Source: Lachnospiraceae bacterium
GTDB lineage: Bacteria > Bacillota > Clostridia > Lachnospirales > Lachnospiraceae
Reading direction: 5' to 3'
Assembly (NCBI GenBank): GCA_022792295.1
Contig: JAAWAR010000111.1
Coordinates: 11,447-75,446 of the forward strand
DNA length: 64,000 nucleotides
Below the pieces are notes generated by a model that searched no databases, was not told the DNA's origin, and saw only the letters and a list, made by a program, of their open reading frames with translations. The number at the start of each line of letters is the position of its first letter. Positions within the stretch are counted from its first letter, which is position 1. The position numbers and the translations under genes were made by a program. Below are positions 10,766 through 22,099 of the stretch, in pieces.

Positions 10766-11421
10766 GTGAGAGCATTGAGAAAAATACTGGATAGAAACCA
10801 ACGGGAATATTGGCTTGAAAAAGGAAATATCTACAATTACTTTGATACGCCGAATTTGGTTTTTCAGGGGTATTGCTACGAAAAAGGGGAATACATCACG
10901 GTTCCGGGCAAGAAAATGGATAAAATTTTGTTTTTAGTTGAAGGAACCGTTCAAATTTACGGGGTTCGTGAAGACGGAAGCCTTTTCTCCGATTAATCAG
11001 ATTGTGAGCCCTGCAATTTTGGAAGATTTGGAATTTCACAATCAGGGGGTTACTCCGTTTTTAACAGAAACAAAGGCACAGTCGATCTGTCTGGCATTAT
11101 CCACGGAACAATATCGCAGGCAGCTTGCCTGTAATTTTCGGTTCCTGCATATGCTTCTTCAATCTTACCCTCAGTGGACAAGGGTACCCTTGTTCACTGA
11201 GGGTATGCAGATAAATTAAAAATTTTTTCTTTTGCAAATACCGTGGCGGCAACTCTGGAAGAACGCGTATTGTTATATGTGAAAAATGTCTGTCCGCCGT
11301 ATGAAATTAACGGAATTGAAACAGCCATTTTCCAGCTTCGCTGCAGCGTGTGTTGAAAAAGCTGTGTGAGAGCGGGGAGATTGAAAAGACTGGGAAGGGC
11401 AGGTACAAGCTTAAAACGTGA
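10766..11421 (+). pseudogene. Crp/Fnr-family regulator, frameshifted
   Basis: YEKGEYI...FLVEGTVQIYGVREDG cNMP-binding piece, continuation in other frames, C-terminal ...RLEKTGKGRYKL-type wing. Confidence 0.7.
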
Positions 11422-11552
11422 AATCCAAACAGTCAGGTCAAAGAAAAAGTGCTGCTGAAGCGGCAAACCTTTAACCTGGCTGTTTTATTTTTAAAATTAT
11501 AGGAAAGGCTGAACTTTATTCGGTCGTGCATATCCTGCGGATTCCGGGTTGG

Positions 11553-12503
11553 CTAATAATTCAGAACGCTCCCGATATCCTGAATTGCTGCAAAATATTT
11601 GCGAGTAACCTCCAAAAAATCCTGTTCATACGAGGTCAGATAGTGATCTTTGCGGTAACAGGCATTGGCCTGCAGAGAATACTCGATGTCGGAAAGCGGC
11701 AGATACAGGAGCGGGTTTTCGGAGTCCTGGCATTTGGGAGGAGGGATAAAGCAGGAAATCCCGGCCCCAAAGCCCTCGGAGCTGATCAGATAGGAATTGC
11801 TGTGTTGAGTTTCCAGTAGAATATTAGGGGAGAAGGTATGCTCCTCAAAATAGGAATCGAGAATTTCACGCAGGCGCCAGCCTCTGCATGGGAGGATCAG
11901 AGGAAGCGGAGCAAGCTGTTTCAAGGAGATTCCATGTTTAAAAAACGGTTTCAGCGCTTGCTCGGAAAGACCGGTATGGCTTAAAAATGTCTGCTTTCGG
12001 ACCATGACAGACAGAGGGAGATTAAAGAGGAAAACGGCTGCCAAAAGGGGACTTTTTGGCAGGTAACTGGAAAGAAACAGGTCGATGGTACCATCTGTGG
12101 TCATTTGTTCCAGCCGCCGGCTGATTTCCACAGAGGTGGAAATACTGCAGTCGGAGTGGAGCTTGAAAAATTCGCAGAGGAGAGGGCCGATGTGGGATTC
12201 CGCGATATAAGAGGAACAGCCAATGGAAATCTGGCCTCTTTTTTGGGAGGCTATATCCTGTATTTCTGAGAGTACTTCCTTTTGCATGCGCAGAATCCGG
12301 CGGGCTGTTTTCTCCAGCCGCTCGGCGGCCAGCGTTGGAACAAAGGAAGGACGTCGCCGGAACAGAGGGCAGCCACATTCCTCCTCCAGCCGTTGAATAT
12401 GGGCAGAAAGGTTTTGCTGGCTCACATAAAGCTTTTTTGCCGCACGTGTGATACTGCGCTCCTCATATACGGCCAAAAAATAAGAAAGGCTTTGATTTGT
12501 CAT
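11553..12503 (-). CDS. LysR-family transcriptional regulator
   Basis: SITRAAKKLYVSQQNLSAHIQRLEEECGCPLFRR HTH; divergent from the M20 operon. Confidence 0.95.
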   Translation of the reverse strand: MTNQSLSYFLAVYEERSITRAAKKLYVSQQNLSAHIQRLEEECGCPLFRRRPSFVPTLAAERLEKTARRILRMQKEVLSEIQDIASQKRGQISIGCSSYIAESHIGPLLCEFFKLHSDCSISTSVEISRRLEQMTTDGTIDLFLSSYLPKSPLLAAVFLFNLPLSVMVRKQTFLSHTGLSEQALKPFFKHGISLKQLAPLPLILPCRGWRLREILDSYFEEHTFSPNILLETQHSNSYLISSEGFGAGISCFIPPPKCQDSENPLLYLPLSDIEYSLQANACYRKDHYLTSYEQDFLEVTRKYFAAIQDIGSVLNY

Positions 12504-12625
12504 ACGGAATTCCCCTATACAATAAAAATATTGTGTAAAACTTCTACTAACTGTGTTTTACAGAGATATTTTACCATGGTAAAATTTGATTATCAACAAA
12601 AACACACAGAAGGGTGGAAGTATGA

Positions 12626-13861
12626 ATGAAGCAAGCTGAAAAATTATTGAAAACGCCGCAGTTTGCGGTTGCGTTGGAATGGTTGAAGCAGGATCGAGAG
12701 CTTACTTTAGAGCAGCAGATGGAGCTGGCACAAATTCCGTCCTATTCGAACCATGAAAGCGAGAAGGCCGGCCGCTTTGCCGAGCTAGTCCAGGAGGCCG
12801 GCTATGAAACTGTGACCATAGATGCCGTAGGAAATGTCTATACGAAAGTGAAAGGGACAAAAGGGTATCCTAGACTTCTGGTAGTGGGGCACAGTGATAC
12901 GGTTTTTCCGATGGATACCGATTTAAAAATCAGGCATGGAGAGGATGGGAAAATATATTGCCCGGGAATCGCGGATGATACGAGAGCCATGGCGGAAATT
13001 CTTTCCATGCTACGGGCCATCAAGGCACAGGGATTACAGCCGGTTGGAGATATTATTTTCGGAAGTGACGTGGGAGAGGAAGGCCCCGGGAATATGCGGG
13101 GTGTCCGTCATCTTTGCGAGACCTTGGGAAATGAGCTGGACGGATTTATTTCCATCGACTTAGCGGGCGTAGGTACGGTTGTATATTGTGGTACCGGTGC
13201 GAAGCGATACAGAGTTACCTTCCGCGGCTCGGGAGGCCATAGCTTTTTAAATTTTGGGACGCCCAATCCGGCTTATGCTCTTGGACGCGCGGTTGCCGAT
13301 ATTTCGGAAATTTTAGTTCCGGCGGCTCCGAGAACTACCTTTAATGTTGGGAGCATAGGCGGTGGCTCTGGGGCTACTGCCATTCCCAAGGAGATGGAAA
13401 TGCAGATTGATATCCGGTCAAACGGGGAAAAGGAAATGGAATGGCTGGACAAGAGGATAAACGTTATTATACAACAGGCGGTAGAAAAGGAAAACGCCAG
13501 ATGGCCGGAAAGCCCACATGCAGTTACATACAAGATCGAAGTATTGGGGGAACTTCCACCGGCGAATCAGGCGGAGGATCATCCCATAATCTATGCAGCG
13601 TTTGAAGCACTGGAGCAGTTAAAGATTCCATACGTTCCGCGGGCAGAAGGTGCTGCCGGCTCTGACAGCAACTGGGCGATCCGATATGGGATACCGGCGG
13701 TGACGCTGGGCCGAGGAGGCAAGAGCGGGGGAGGACATTCTATATCGGAATGGTTTCTTCCCGAAGAAGAATATAAGGGACCTCAAAAGGATCTTCTGAC
13801 GATTTTTTCTCTGGTTGGACTGGAAGGGATCACAGAACCTTTGCTGGAAACAAGAAAATAG
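12626..13861 (+). CDS. M20/M25/M40 metallo-hydrolase
   Basis: GHSDTV, ADD, GEE, GGHSF, FNVG, GSDSN, GHS motifs. Confidence 0.9.
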   Translation: MKQAEKLLKTPQFAVALEWLKQDRELTLEQQMELAQIPSYSNHESEKAGRFAELVQEAGYETVTIDAVGNVYTKVKGTKGYPRLLVVGHSDTVFPMDTDLKIRHGEDGKIYCPGIADDTRAMAEILSMLRAIKAQGLQPVGDIIFGSDVGEEGPGNMRGVRHLCETLGNELDGFISIDLAGVGTVVYCGTGAKRYRVTFRGSGGHSFLNFGTPNPAYALGRAVADISEILVPAAPRTTFNVGSIGGGSGATAIPKEMEMQIDIRSNGEKEMEWLDKRINVIIQQAVEKENARWPESPHAVTYKIEVLGELPPANQAEDHPIIYAAFEALEQLKIPYVPRAEGAAGSDSNWAIRYGIPAVTLGRGGKSGGGHSISEWFLPEEEYKGPQKDLLTIFSLVGLEGITEPLLETRK

Positions 13862-13984
13862 GACAGGAATTAGAAGAAGGAACGCTTATGGAATAGAGCT
13901 TCACAATGGGAATACATTCCAGCGGCTTGGTAGGTTACACGAAGCGGTGTATGCCGATACATAGAATACGAGGAGGAAATCCAC

Positions 13985-15373
13985 ATGGATAATAAACCGA
14001 AGAAATCATTTAAGATGCCCCATTCTTTTATTGCTGTCATATTCGTTCTGATTTTGGTATCTGTTATGACCTATCTCGTACCGGCGGGAAAATATGGGGT
14101 GTTCGTGGATGCGGCAGGAAAGGAGAGCATTGATCCTTCTAATTTTCAATATATAGATTCCACACCGGTTTCTATTTTTTTGATCCCATATTATATCGTA
14201 CGGGCCCTGATCAAGCAGGTCAATATTATTATCCCTCTATTCGTGATCTCTGGCGGGCTTGAGGTGATTATTAAAACCAATACCATGCATGCGTTTTGCT
14301 GTATCCTTGGCGAAAAATGTACCAACGGAAATCAGAAAATTTTTATTCCGTTGTTGATATTTGTGTTTTCCATGATCGGGATTACGCAGGCGCCTATGAA
14401 ATTTATCGGATTTGCGCCGATCGGAGTCATGCTGGCGGTGACACTGGGGTATGATGCGGTTGTGGGGGTTGCGATTGCCCTGTGTGGAATCGGCTTAGGC
14501 TTTTCTGCGGGAATTGTAGGCCCCACGACGGCCGTCGCACAGGAGCTAGCCGGTATTCCTGCATATTCGGGATTGTCTATGCGCGTGGCGGCTCATGCAG
14601 TGTTGTTTGTAGTGACGGCTGTGTATATCGTCCGTTACGGAGAACGTGTGAGAAAGGAACCAGCACAGAGTGTCCTTTGGGGAGCCAAGGGCATTATGGA
14701 GTTTCGTGTGGATGAGAATAAGGTGGAGATGAACAGAAAACACTGCCTAGTTCTTGCCACGTTCATAATCGGCTTTATCGCTATGATGACAGGCTGTCTG
14801 AAATGGGGCTGGGATCTTCCCACTACCTCAGTCGTATTTATTTGGATGGCAATCATCGGGGGCTTGGTTTATGGATTTTCCCCGTCGGAAATTTGTGAGA
14901 TCTTTGTCTCCGGGGCGAAGGGAAGTGTCTTTTCGGCAATGATCGTAGGGCTTGGTGCAGCGGCCGCGTTAATGATGGATGATGCGAATATTCTGGATAC
15001 GGTCGTCATGGCGCTGGCCTCATGTATGTCGTATCTGCCTGTGATTTTAAGGGCGCCGGCCATGTTCATCATGAACACGGTCATCAACTTCTTTGTGTCG
15101 TCGGCTACGGGACAGTCTGCGATCGTAATGCCGATTTTCACGCCATTGGCAGATTTGTCAGGTGTAACAAGGCAGACTGCTGTGTTGGCATATAAGCTGG
15201 GAGACGGACTTTCCAACTATATTTTCCCACATGTTTCGAGCCTGATGGGATTTATCGGGGCAGCCGGTATTTCCTATGACCGTTGGATGCGGTTTATGTG
15301 GAAACTGTTTATCATGCAGGCGCTTGTGTCCGTCGGGATTATGATGCTCTGCCAAATGATTTCTTACACATAA
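13985..15373 (+). CDS. YfcC/AbgT-family transporter
   Basis: FKMPHSF, VPAGKY, SSATGQS..MPI..PLAD, AYKLGDGLSN, ISYDRW. Confidence 0.85.
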   Translation: MDNKPKKSFKMPHSFIAVIFVLILVSVMTYLVPAGKYGVFVDAAGKESIDPSNFQYIDSTPVSIFLIPYYIVRALIKQVNIIIPLFVISGGLEVIIKTNTMHAFCCILGEKCTNGNQKIFIPLLIFVFSMIGITQAPMKFIGFAPIGVMLAVTLGYDAVVGVAIALCGIGLGFSAGIVGPTTAVAQELAGIPAYSGLSMRVAAHAVLFVVTAVYIVRYGERVRKEPAQSVLWGAKGIMEFRVDENKVEMNRKHCLVLATFIIGFIAMMTGCLKWGWDLPTTSVVFIWMAIIGGLVYGFSPSEICEIFVSGAKGSVFSAMIVGLGAAAALMMDDANILDTVVMALASCMSYLPVILRAPAMFIMNTVINFFVSSATGQSAIVMPIFTPLADLSGVTRQTAVLAYKLGDGLSNYIFPHVSSLMGFIGAAGISYDRWMRFMWKLFIMQALVSVGIMMLCQMISYT

Positions 15374-16233
15374 GGAAGCAGTCTGGAACCTATTCGAGCG
15401 GGACTTATATCGTTTTCTTCTTCATCCAGTCTGCATTCTCAGCCAAAATAGTCAGGCGATTGGCTGATCTGGCTATTTTGGCTGTTAGCTGTTTTTTATC
15501 ATTCTACTGGCTGATTTTTTTAGATTTCTATTAATAATAAAAATATCTTTGAATCCCATAAAAATCTGTTTGCCTACAAGCTATCTGCTACAATTCCCTT
15601 CAAATTCTAATATATCGGGGCTCTTATTTTTAATCACAGACCTAGTAGCAAATAATGCTATGAATTAATTGATTCACTGCATAAGCTGCAATTCGTACCA
15701 TAGAAACATATGTATCCGACCTGAAAAGCCCCGTTAACTTTTTAGTGATACTGTTTATTCAATCCATAAAATTTCCATGAATGCCATGGATTTGTTTTAC
15801 TTTGCCTCATATTCTCCGCTTCCCTTCTATTTTTCTCTTTGGCAAGCGCTTCTGCTAGCAACACACTATTGTGCTGGGCTTGCCTGAATTTCCATCTGCC
15901 GCGTTAGATTGCTTAGACGTAACCGCCGCTGCGCCGTTGGAAATCTGTCTTGCAGACTGAAAATTCATTCTGTGTCATTTGGTTGAAAGGAATTCGGTCT
16001 GTACAATGGTATAACGAATAAATACCAATCACACAAACACTTCTTAAATTATAATCTCAAATCTTCCTTAATATGTACAACGAAAAAGAGCGTCTCTTAA
16101 GTCCGTGACAAAAAGATCAGAAATTCCTTGAACCGGATCCCCTGCAAAGATATAATAGAAGAAAGAAAGGATTTTTTCTGTGAAAAGGGGAGCATCTGGC
16201 TTCGCCTTTATAAGGAAAGGAGGTTTTGATTCT

Positions 16234-16623
16234 ATGACCAGTCTTTCGCAGGACGTGGGCCTGTTTTTTGATAAGATGCCAGAGGCGCTGCCTCTTTATG
16301 AGGCATTTGAGCAGCGTGTGCTGGAGGAAATCAAGGATGTGCAGATCCGTGTGCAGAAGACGCAGATTGGCTTTTCCAATCGGCATAACTTTGCGTTTGT
16401 TTCGTTTCTCCCGGTGCGAAAGGCCGCAAAACGGCCGAAGATTTATATTGTGGTAACGTTTGGGCTTGCCTATCGGGTGGAATCGCCCAGGATCGACGTG
16501 GCGACAGAGCCCTATCCGAACCGTTGGACGCACCATGTCCTCCTTGCAAGTGAGGAGGAGATCGACAGCGAGCTGATGACCTGGGTGAAGGAAGCGGCGG
16601 CTTTTGCGGCGGCAAAGCGCTGA
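16234..16623 (+). CDS. DUF5655 domain protein
   Basis: QKTQIGF...ESPRIDVATEPYPNRWTHHV...IDSELMTWVKEA; AGGAGG RBS. Confidence 0.75.
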   Translation: MTSLSQDVGLFFDKMPEALPLYEAFEQRVLEEIKDVQIRVQKTQIGFSNRHNFAFVSFLPVRKAAKRPKIYIVVTFGLAYRVESPRIDVATEPYPNRWTHHVLLASEEEIDSELMTWVKEAAAFAAAKR

Positions 16624-16804
16624 GAAGCTTTAGTCTCCGGTTCACCGGCCGGCTGGCAGGCGTTCAAGGCCGCCATCATCTTCATTCCGCCCATCAGATG
16701 CTTGTCAGGCTTGCTGATGGGTCTTTTGCTGTAACAGGAAATGCAGACAATCCAAATAATATGTTAACATTAATATAAAAATGTAATCAAAATATATAAA
16801 AATG

Positions 16805-16833
16805 TTGACAAATAAAAAATTATGTCCTATACT
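16805..16833 (+). promoter_or_regulatory. sigmaA promoter of the GntR-TRAP operon
   Basis: TTGACA-N17-TATACT; palindrome ATGTTAACAT at 16761-16770 is a possible operator. Confidence 0.7.
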
Positions 16834-16858
16834 ACAACTATCAGTAAAGGAGTAAAGT

Positions 16859-17545
16859 ATGAGCTCATTATCATCCCCTTTGCAGAGATCTCTCATTGCG
16901 AAAGATATTTTGTCAACGCTTCGTTACGAAATCGTATCGGGTGAATTGAAAGAAGGCGAATATCTGCGGGAGGTTGCAATCAGTAAACGCATGAATGTCA
17001 GCCGCGGACCCGTGAGACGGGCACTTCAGCAGCTTGAGGCGGAGGGCCTCGTCGTCTCGGAGGAAAACGGCAGGACGAGAGTGGTCGGCATATCCAATAC
17101 GGATATTGACGACATTTATGACCTGCGCCTTATTTTAGAAAAAAAAGCAGTTTTAATCCTGCGGGACAAGGATTTTGTGGACTACACGCCCATTTTGGAG
17201 AACTTAAACCGCTTAAAGCAGGAAAGAGACAAAGGCCCGGAGAGCGATCCCGTCGTAATGGCGGGTTTGGGATATGACGTGCATGTCGCGATCATGAGAT
17301 GCTCTGGCAACAAGGCGATTTTTAATGCCTGGAAATCGCTTTCCACCACGCTGCAGCTCATCATGGAGATGAACGGGAATTATGTGGAGAGTGAGCGGGC
17401 GTTTGCCAGCCATAAGCTGCTGGTTGATGCGATTATACAAAAGCGTGAGGATATCGAACAGGTGATTGAACAGCACCTTTTGCAGGATTCGAAGGATATT
17501 TATTTAAGCGGGTTACACAAAAAGACAGAGAACGAGGCGGATTAG
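16859..17545 (+). CDS. GntR-family regulator (FCD domain)
   Basis: LREVAISKRMNVSRGPVRRALQQLEAEGLV wHTH; FCD His residues. Confidence 0.95.
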   Translation: MSSLSSPLQRSLIAKDILSTLRYEIVSGELKEGEYLREVAISKRMNVSRGPVRRALQQLEAEGLVVSEENGRTRVVGISNTDIDDIYDLRLILEKKAVLILRDKDFVDYTPILENLNRLKQERDKGPESDPVVMAGLGYDVHVAIMRCSGNKAIFNAWKSLSTTLQLIMEMNGNYVESERAFASHKLLVDAIIQKREDIEQVIEQHLLQDSKDIYLSGLHKKTENEAD

Positions 17546-17597
17546 CGGCCTTTTAAACGGAGCCTCCGCGCGTTCCGAAAAAGAGGAGGTATTTTTT

Positions 17598-18713
17598 ATG
17601 AGACTAAGACAATTAAAGCGCGGATTTGCCGGCGTGGCGGCTGCGGGGCTGCTGCTTCTGACAGCGGGCTGCGGCAGCCTTTCTGTCCCGGAGACGACAG
17701 CGGCGAAAGCAGAGGAGACGACTGCCGCACAGACAAAAGCAGAGGAAAAGACGGAGGCGGCTTCCCGGGAGGAAGCTCTGAAAGAGGCAAAGAAGACCGT
17801 CCGCGTGGTCGGAAACTTAAGCGGGCTGTCCTTAGATATGGGCAATGCATTCTGCGACAGTCTGGAGGAACTTTCCGGCGGAAGCATTGCGGTTGAACGT
17901 TACCTGACCGGACAGGTTGGTACGAACGACGAAGATCTGTGCATCGCGCTGTCAGAGGGGAATTTTGACGTTTACCTGACCTCGGATATGCTGGCGACCT
18001 GGGTGCTGCCGGAGTGGCTTGGATATGCAAACGTGGCATTCTGCTTCCGGGATGCCGATCATGTAAAGAAATACTGGACCATGCTGGATCAGGAGTATGC
18101 GCTGAACGGCAGGATGATCGAGCAGTATAACGTGCGTGCATTGATCACGGATTCAGTCGCGGTTCGCACGCCGCGGTATATCACGGCGAACAAGGAAATC
18201 AAGTCTCCGCAGGACATGAAGGGGCTTAAATTCCGCACGCCGAGCGTGGAGGGCGTCGTGGCTTCCTGGCAGGCATGCGGGGCGTCAATCGTTCCGATCC
18301 CGTTTGGCGAGCTGTACAGCGCACTGCAGACAGGAACCGCGGATGCGCAGGAAAATCCGACGGATATGATCATGCAGGGAGGCTTCTATGGAGTCCAGAA
18401 GTATATGATGTTAACCAGCCATCAGTACGGTGCTTATCTGTTCCATGCAAATGAGACCTGGTATCAGAGCTTAAGCGATACGGAGAAGGATTGGGTCTCA
18501 CAGGCGGCCACAAAGGGTTATGAGTTGTTTAACGAGAAGGGCGCCGAGCAGGATGCACAATATATTAAGGAGCTGGCAGAGAAGGGGATGACCGTAATTC
18601 CGGCAGAGGAGATTGACATTGACGCGTTTAAGGAAGCAATCATCGGGCCGGTTCTTGAAAAGTTTAAGGATTCCTGGGCCAAGGACGGCTGGGAAGCGAT
18701 TCAGGCACTATAG
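17598..18713 (+). CDS. dctP: TRAP transporter substrate-binding lipoprotein DctP
   Basis: Lipobox TAGC; MKGLKFRT, GELYSALQTGTADAQENP. Confidence 0.92.
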   Translation: MRLRQLKRGFAGVAAAGLLLLTAGCGSLSVPETTAAKAEETTAAQTKAEEKTEAASREEALKEAKKTVRVVGNLSGLSLDMGNAFCDSLEELSGGSIAVERYLTGQVGTNDEDLCIALSEGNFDVYLTSDMLATWVLPEWLGYANVAFCFRDADHVKKYWTMLDQEYALNGRMIEQYNVRALITDSVAVRTPRYITANKEIKSPQDMKGLKFRTPSVEGVVASWQACGASIVPIPFGELYSALQTGTADAQENPTDMIMQGGFYGVQKYMMLTSHQYGAYLFHANETWYQSLSDTEKDWVSQAATKGYELFNEKGAEQDAQYIKELAEKGMTVIPAEEIDIDAFKEAIIGPVLEKFKDSWAKDGWEAIQAL

Positions 18714-18840
18714 GTACAGGGGAAAAGAGGGCTGTTTATAGGGCAACAGCCCTCTTTCTGACCGTACAGGAATTTTGATGCTGCGATTCGGCTGAAAGCC
18801 AAACAGCAGCAGGCTATAGAAAAAGAAGGGGAAGCATACG

Positions 18841-19410
18841 ATGAAACGGATTATAACTGTCTTGGACACGCTCATTTTTGCCGTGGCCGGAGTGCTGACG
18901 GCGGTGTTGCTCTTTATGGTCCTTTTGCAGAGCCTGTGCCGGAATCTGTTCAATTTTTCTTTTATCCAGATCGAGGAGCTCTGTATCTTGTCCCTGTCCT
19001 GGCTGACATTTTTGGCGGCGGCTTATGCGGTCCGCCACTGCGCTCATGTTGCGGTCGATTTCTTTTTTAACAAAATGCCACGGCCGTTCCGCTATGGGCT
19101 TAATCTCGTCACGATCGTGGTTCTGCTCTTTTTGACAGGCTTCATGGCCTGGCATGGATGGGGCCTTGCGATCCGTCAGATGCGAACGCCTCTGCCGGTC
19201 ACGCATATCCCAAGGGGCTATATCTATTTGGCGGCGCCTGTGTGTAGCGTGTTTATGATTCTATTTTTTGCGGATGCACTGATTGACTGCATTCAAACAC
19301 ATGGTATCCTGGGTGTGGTTGTGGATTCGGAGGAGCAGATTCAAAAGGAGCTTGCGAACGGGCAGCAGCTTGCGAAGGATGTCCTGGATAAAGGCGCAGA
19401 GGGGAGGTAG
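18841..19410 (+). CDS. dctQ: TRAP transporter small permease DctQ
   Basis: EELCILSLSWLTFLAAAYAVRHCAHVAVD; four TM segments. Confidence 0.92.
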   Translation: MKRIITVLDTLIFAVAGVLTAVLLFMVLLQSLCRNLFNFSFIQIEELCILSLSWLTFLAAAYAVRHCAHVAVDFFFNKMPRPFRYGLNLVTIVVLLFLTGFMAWHGWGLAIRQMRTPLPVTHIPRGYIYLAAPVCSVFMILFFADALIDCIQTHGILGVVVDSEEQIQKELANGQQLAKDVLDKGAEGR

Positions 19411-19414
19411 AACG

Positions 19415-20692
19415 ATGAAAATCGGGATTTTTATTATTGTACTGTTTCTGATCCTTTTGCTGGCGCGGGTTCCGGCGGCATTCTGTATGCTGCTTACCAC
19501 GCTGGCTTACGTACTCGTGACAAAGGCAGTCCCGCCGACCTTTATCCCACAAGCTATGGTAAGCGGCTCAGCCTCCTACACGATTTTGGCTGCCCCGTTT
19601 TTTATCATTGTCGGGGAGCTGATGAACAGCTCGGGGATTACAAGACGGCTCTTTAAATTTGCCAATGTTCTGGTGGGTCATATTACCGGCGGCCTAGGGC
19701 ATGTCAATGTACTTGCAAGCGTATTTTTTGCCGGTGTTTCAGGTTCGGCGATCGCCGATGCGGCGGGCCTTGGCAATGTGGAGATAAAGGCAATGGTGGA
19801 CGCCGGCTATGACCCGGATTTTTCCGTCGGGATCACGGCGGCCTCCTCAACCATCGGGCCGATTATCCCGCCAAGCAGCCCAATGGTATTATATGGAATC
19901 ATGAGCGGAACATCAATCGGCGCTTTGTTTATGGCTGGAATTCCCACAGGGATTCTGATGGCTGGCTTTATGATGGTTGTTGTTTATATTATTTCTAAAA
20001 AAAGGAATTATCCCAAAAGTGAAAAAGCTTCCATAAAAGAGATATGGAATGTATTTAAAGAGGCATTTTGGGCACTTCTCTCTCCATTAATTTTGGTTGT
20101 TGGTATGACAACAGGGATTGCGACTCCAACCGAGACGGCGGCAATCGCGGTAGCCTATTCTTTATTTCTCGGATTTTTCATCTACAAAGAGATGACCTGG
20201 AAAAGCTTGCTGGAAATCCTGAAAAGCTCGATCAAGAGCATCGGCATGGTTATGCTGCTGATTGCAACGGGAACTGTTTTTGCGTGGATGATCGGAACGG
20301 AGAAGGTGGCAGAGAAAAGTGCGGAGCTTTTATTCAGCCTGACAAACAATCCGTATGTGATCCTTTTGCTGATCAATCTGTTCCTTTTGTTTGTAGGGAC
20401 GTTTATGGAAACGACCTCAGCGCTTTTGGTTACACTGCCGGTGCTGCTTCCGATTGTGAAGGCCATCGGGATGAGTACGGTGCAGTTCGGCGTTATCATG
20501 GTACTGCTTTTGATGATCGGGATGCTGACGCCGCCAATGGCATTATGTCTGTTTGTGACGTCGAAGATCGGAGGGATTTCCTTCGACCAGGCATTCCGGG
20601 CGGTACTTCCATATTATGCGGCGCTGCTTGCTGTACTTATTATTATCAACCTGTTTCCGGGCGTAACACTTGGCGTAAGCGGCCTGCTGTAG
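19415..20692 (+). CDS. dctM: TRAP transporter large permease DctM
   Basis: SGSAIADAA, IGPIIPPS, TPTE, IGMLTPP. Confidence 0.95.
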   Translation: MKIGIFIIVLFLILLLARVPAAFCMLLTTLAYVLVTKAVPPTFIPQAMVSGSASYTILAAPFFIIVGELMNSSGITRRLFKFANVLVGHITGGLGHVNVLASVFFAGVSGSAIADAAGLGNVEIKAMVDAGYDPDFSVGITAASSTIGPIIPPSSPMVLYGIMSGTSIGALFMAGIPTGILMAGFMMVVVYIISKKRNYPKSEKASIKEIWNVFKEAFWALLSPLILVVGMTTGIATPTETAAIAVAYSLFLGFFIYKEMTWKSLLEILKSSIKSIGMVMLLIATGTVFAWMIGTEKVAEKSAELLFSLTNNPYVILLLINLFLLFVGTFMETTSALLVTLPVLLPIVKAIGMSTVQFGVIMVLLLMIGMLTPPMALCLFVTSKIGGISFDQAFRAVLPYYAALLAVLIIINLFPGVTLGVSGLL

Positions 20693-20909
20693 CTTTTAAG
20701 GAAACGAAAAGTAAAGCAGCCGAGATACCAGGGCCAAAAAGTCATATATGACTTTGGGATCCGCAAAAATATGAAAAAATAGCCTGATAGGACAAAGTTT
20801 TAAAAGTTTTTAGGATTGCAGGAGCATGAAATGCAAAGCCATCCGTGCAGCATAGGGGACAAAATCCGTTTGGACCCCAACATCATTTTAGAGATAAGGA
20901 GACTGGTTT

Positions 20910-21914
20910 ATGCAAGCAAAGATTCAATTACTGGGCTGCCAGCTTAACACGATCGATCCCGAAACCTTGAAATATTTTTTGCAGCTTGGCATTACAGACA
21001 TACAGTATAATACGCCGGATATCCCGGGTGAGACAACCTGGAGCTTTGAGGATATAAAGGCGTACAAAGAAAAGACAGAATCGTATGGGGTCAGGCTCGT
21101 CTGTATCGAGAACGTTCCAATCCGGTTTTACGATAAAGTCATGCTGGGGCTCCCCGGGCGGGATGAGCAGATTGAGAAGTATATTGGCTTAATCAAAAGC
21201 TTCGGGAAGCTGGGGATTCCCTATTTCGGGTATCATTTTACGCCAACATTCGTATGGCGGACGTCCTATGATGAGACGACGCGCGGCGGGGCGAGAGTCT
21301 CGGCCTACCATGAGGAGACGGCAAAAAAGAACGGCAATCAGGTAAAGTATGCGGCCAGGCTGGATGTAGAGGTGCCGGACCCCGAGGATATGTGGAAGAA
21401 TCATCAGTATTTTATGAAGGCGATTCTGCCCGAGGCGGAGAAGGCGGGCGTGAAAATGGCGCTGCATCCGGATGATCCGCCGGTCGCCTCAACGGCGGGC
21501 GTGGCACGGATCTTTAACAGTTTTGAGAGCTATGTGCGTGCGGAAAAGGAGACAAACAGCAAGGCATGGGGGCTGGATCTGTGTCTTGGATGCTGTTCGG
21601 AGATGGGCGGAGCAAAGACCGTGGAGCAGTTTATTGATTATTTCGGGCCAAAGGGAAAGATTTTTTACGTGCATTTCCGGGATGTGATCGGGGAGCCGCA
21701 TGATTTTAAGGAGTGTTATCTCGGAGAAGGAAATTTCGATCCAGCCCGGGTGATGCGCAGGCTCAAGGAATCCGGATTCGAAGGGTATGTCTGCGAGGAC
21801 CACGTGCCGATCATGGACAATGACTCTGCGTTCGGACATCGGGCCAGGGCGTATGAGATCGGGAAACTGCAGGGGCTGATTCGGATGATGGAATATGATG
21901 ACGAGAAAAGGTAA
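20910..21914 (+). CDS. uxuA: Mannonate dehydratase (UxuA) family protein
   Basis: ALHPDDPP, YVHFRDV, EDHVP; substrate may differ from mannonate. Confidence 0.8.
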   Translation: MQAKIQLLGCQLNTIDPETLKYFLQLGITDIQYNTPDIPGETTWSFEDIKAYKEKTESYGVRLVCIENVPIRFYDKVMLGLPGRDEQIEKYIGLIKSFGKLGIPYFGYHFTPTFVWRTSYDETTRGGARVSAYHEETAKKNGNQVKYAARLDVEVPDPEDMWKNHQYFMKAILPEAEKAGVKMALHPDDPPVASTAGVARIFNSFESYVRAEKETNSKAWGLDLCLGCCSEMGGAKTVEQFIDYFGPKGKIFYVHFRDVIGEPHDFKECYLGEGNFDPARVMRRLKESGFEGYVCEDHVPIMDNDSAFGHRARAYEIGKLQGLIRMMEYDDEKR

Positions 21915-22046
21915 AAGTGTGTGCAGGCAGGGCTCGAGGACCCTGCCTGCAAAAGCAAGAGGAGTGTGTACAGCAGACCGGCTGGCGGGGATTTTTGCAG
22001 GCCGGATATTTTTTTGCACGATATTGAAAATAATTTTTATAATTTA

Positions 22047-22075
22047 TTGACTTTAATTTAAAAATATTTTACAAT
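22047..22075 (+). promoter_or_regulatory. sigmaA promoter of the RpiR-gnd operon
   Basis: TTGACT-N17-TACAAT in AT-rich DNA. Confidence 0.6.
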
Positions 22076-22099
22076 TTCAAGAGAAACGGAGTGAGAAAG

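Noticed and set aside
15540-16100. Coding gene in AT-rich gap
   Set aside because: Minus-strand frames have several stops; probably a relic but I cannot assign a family
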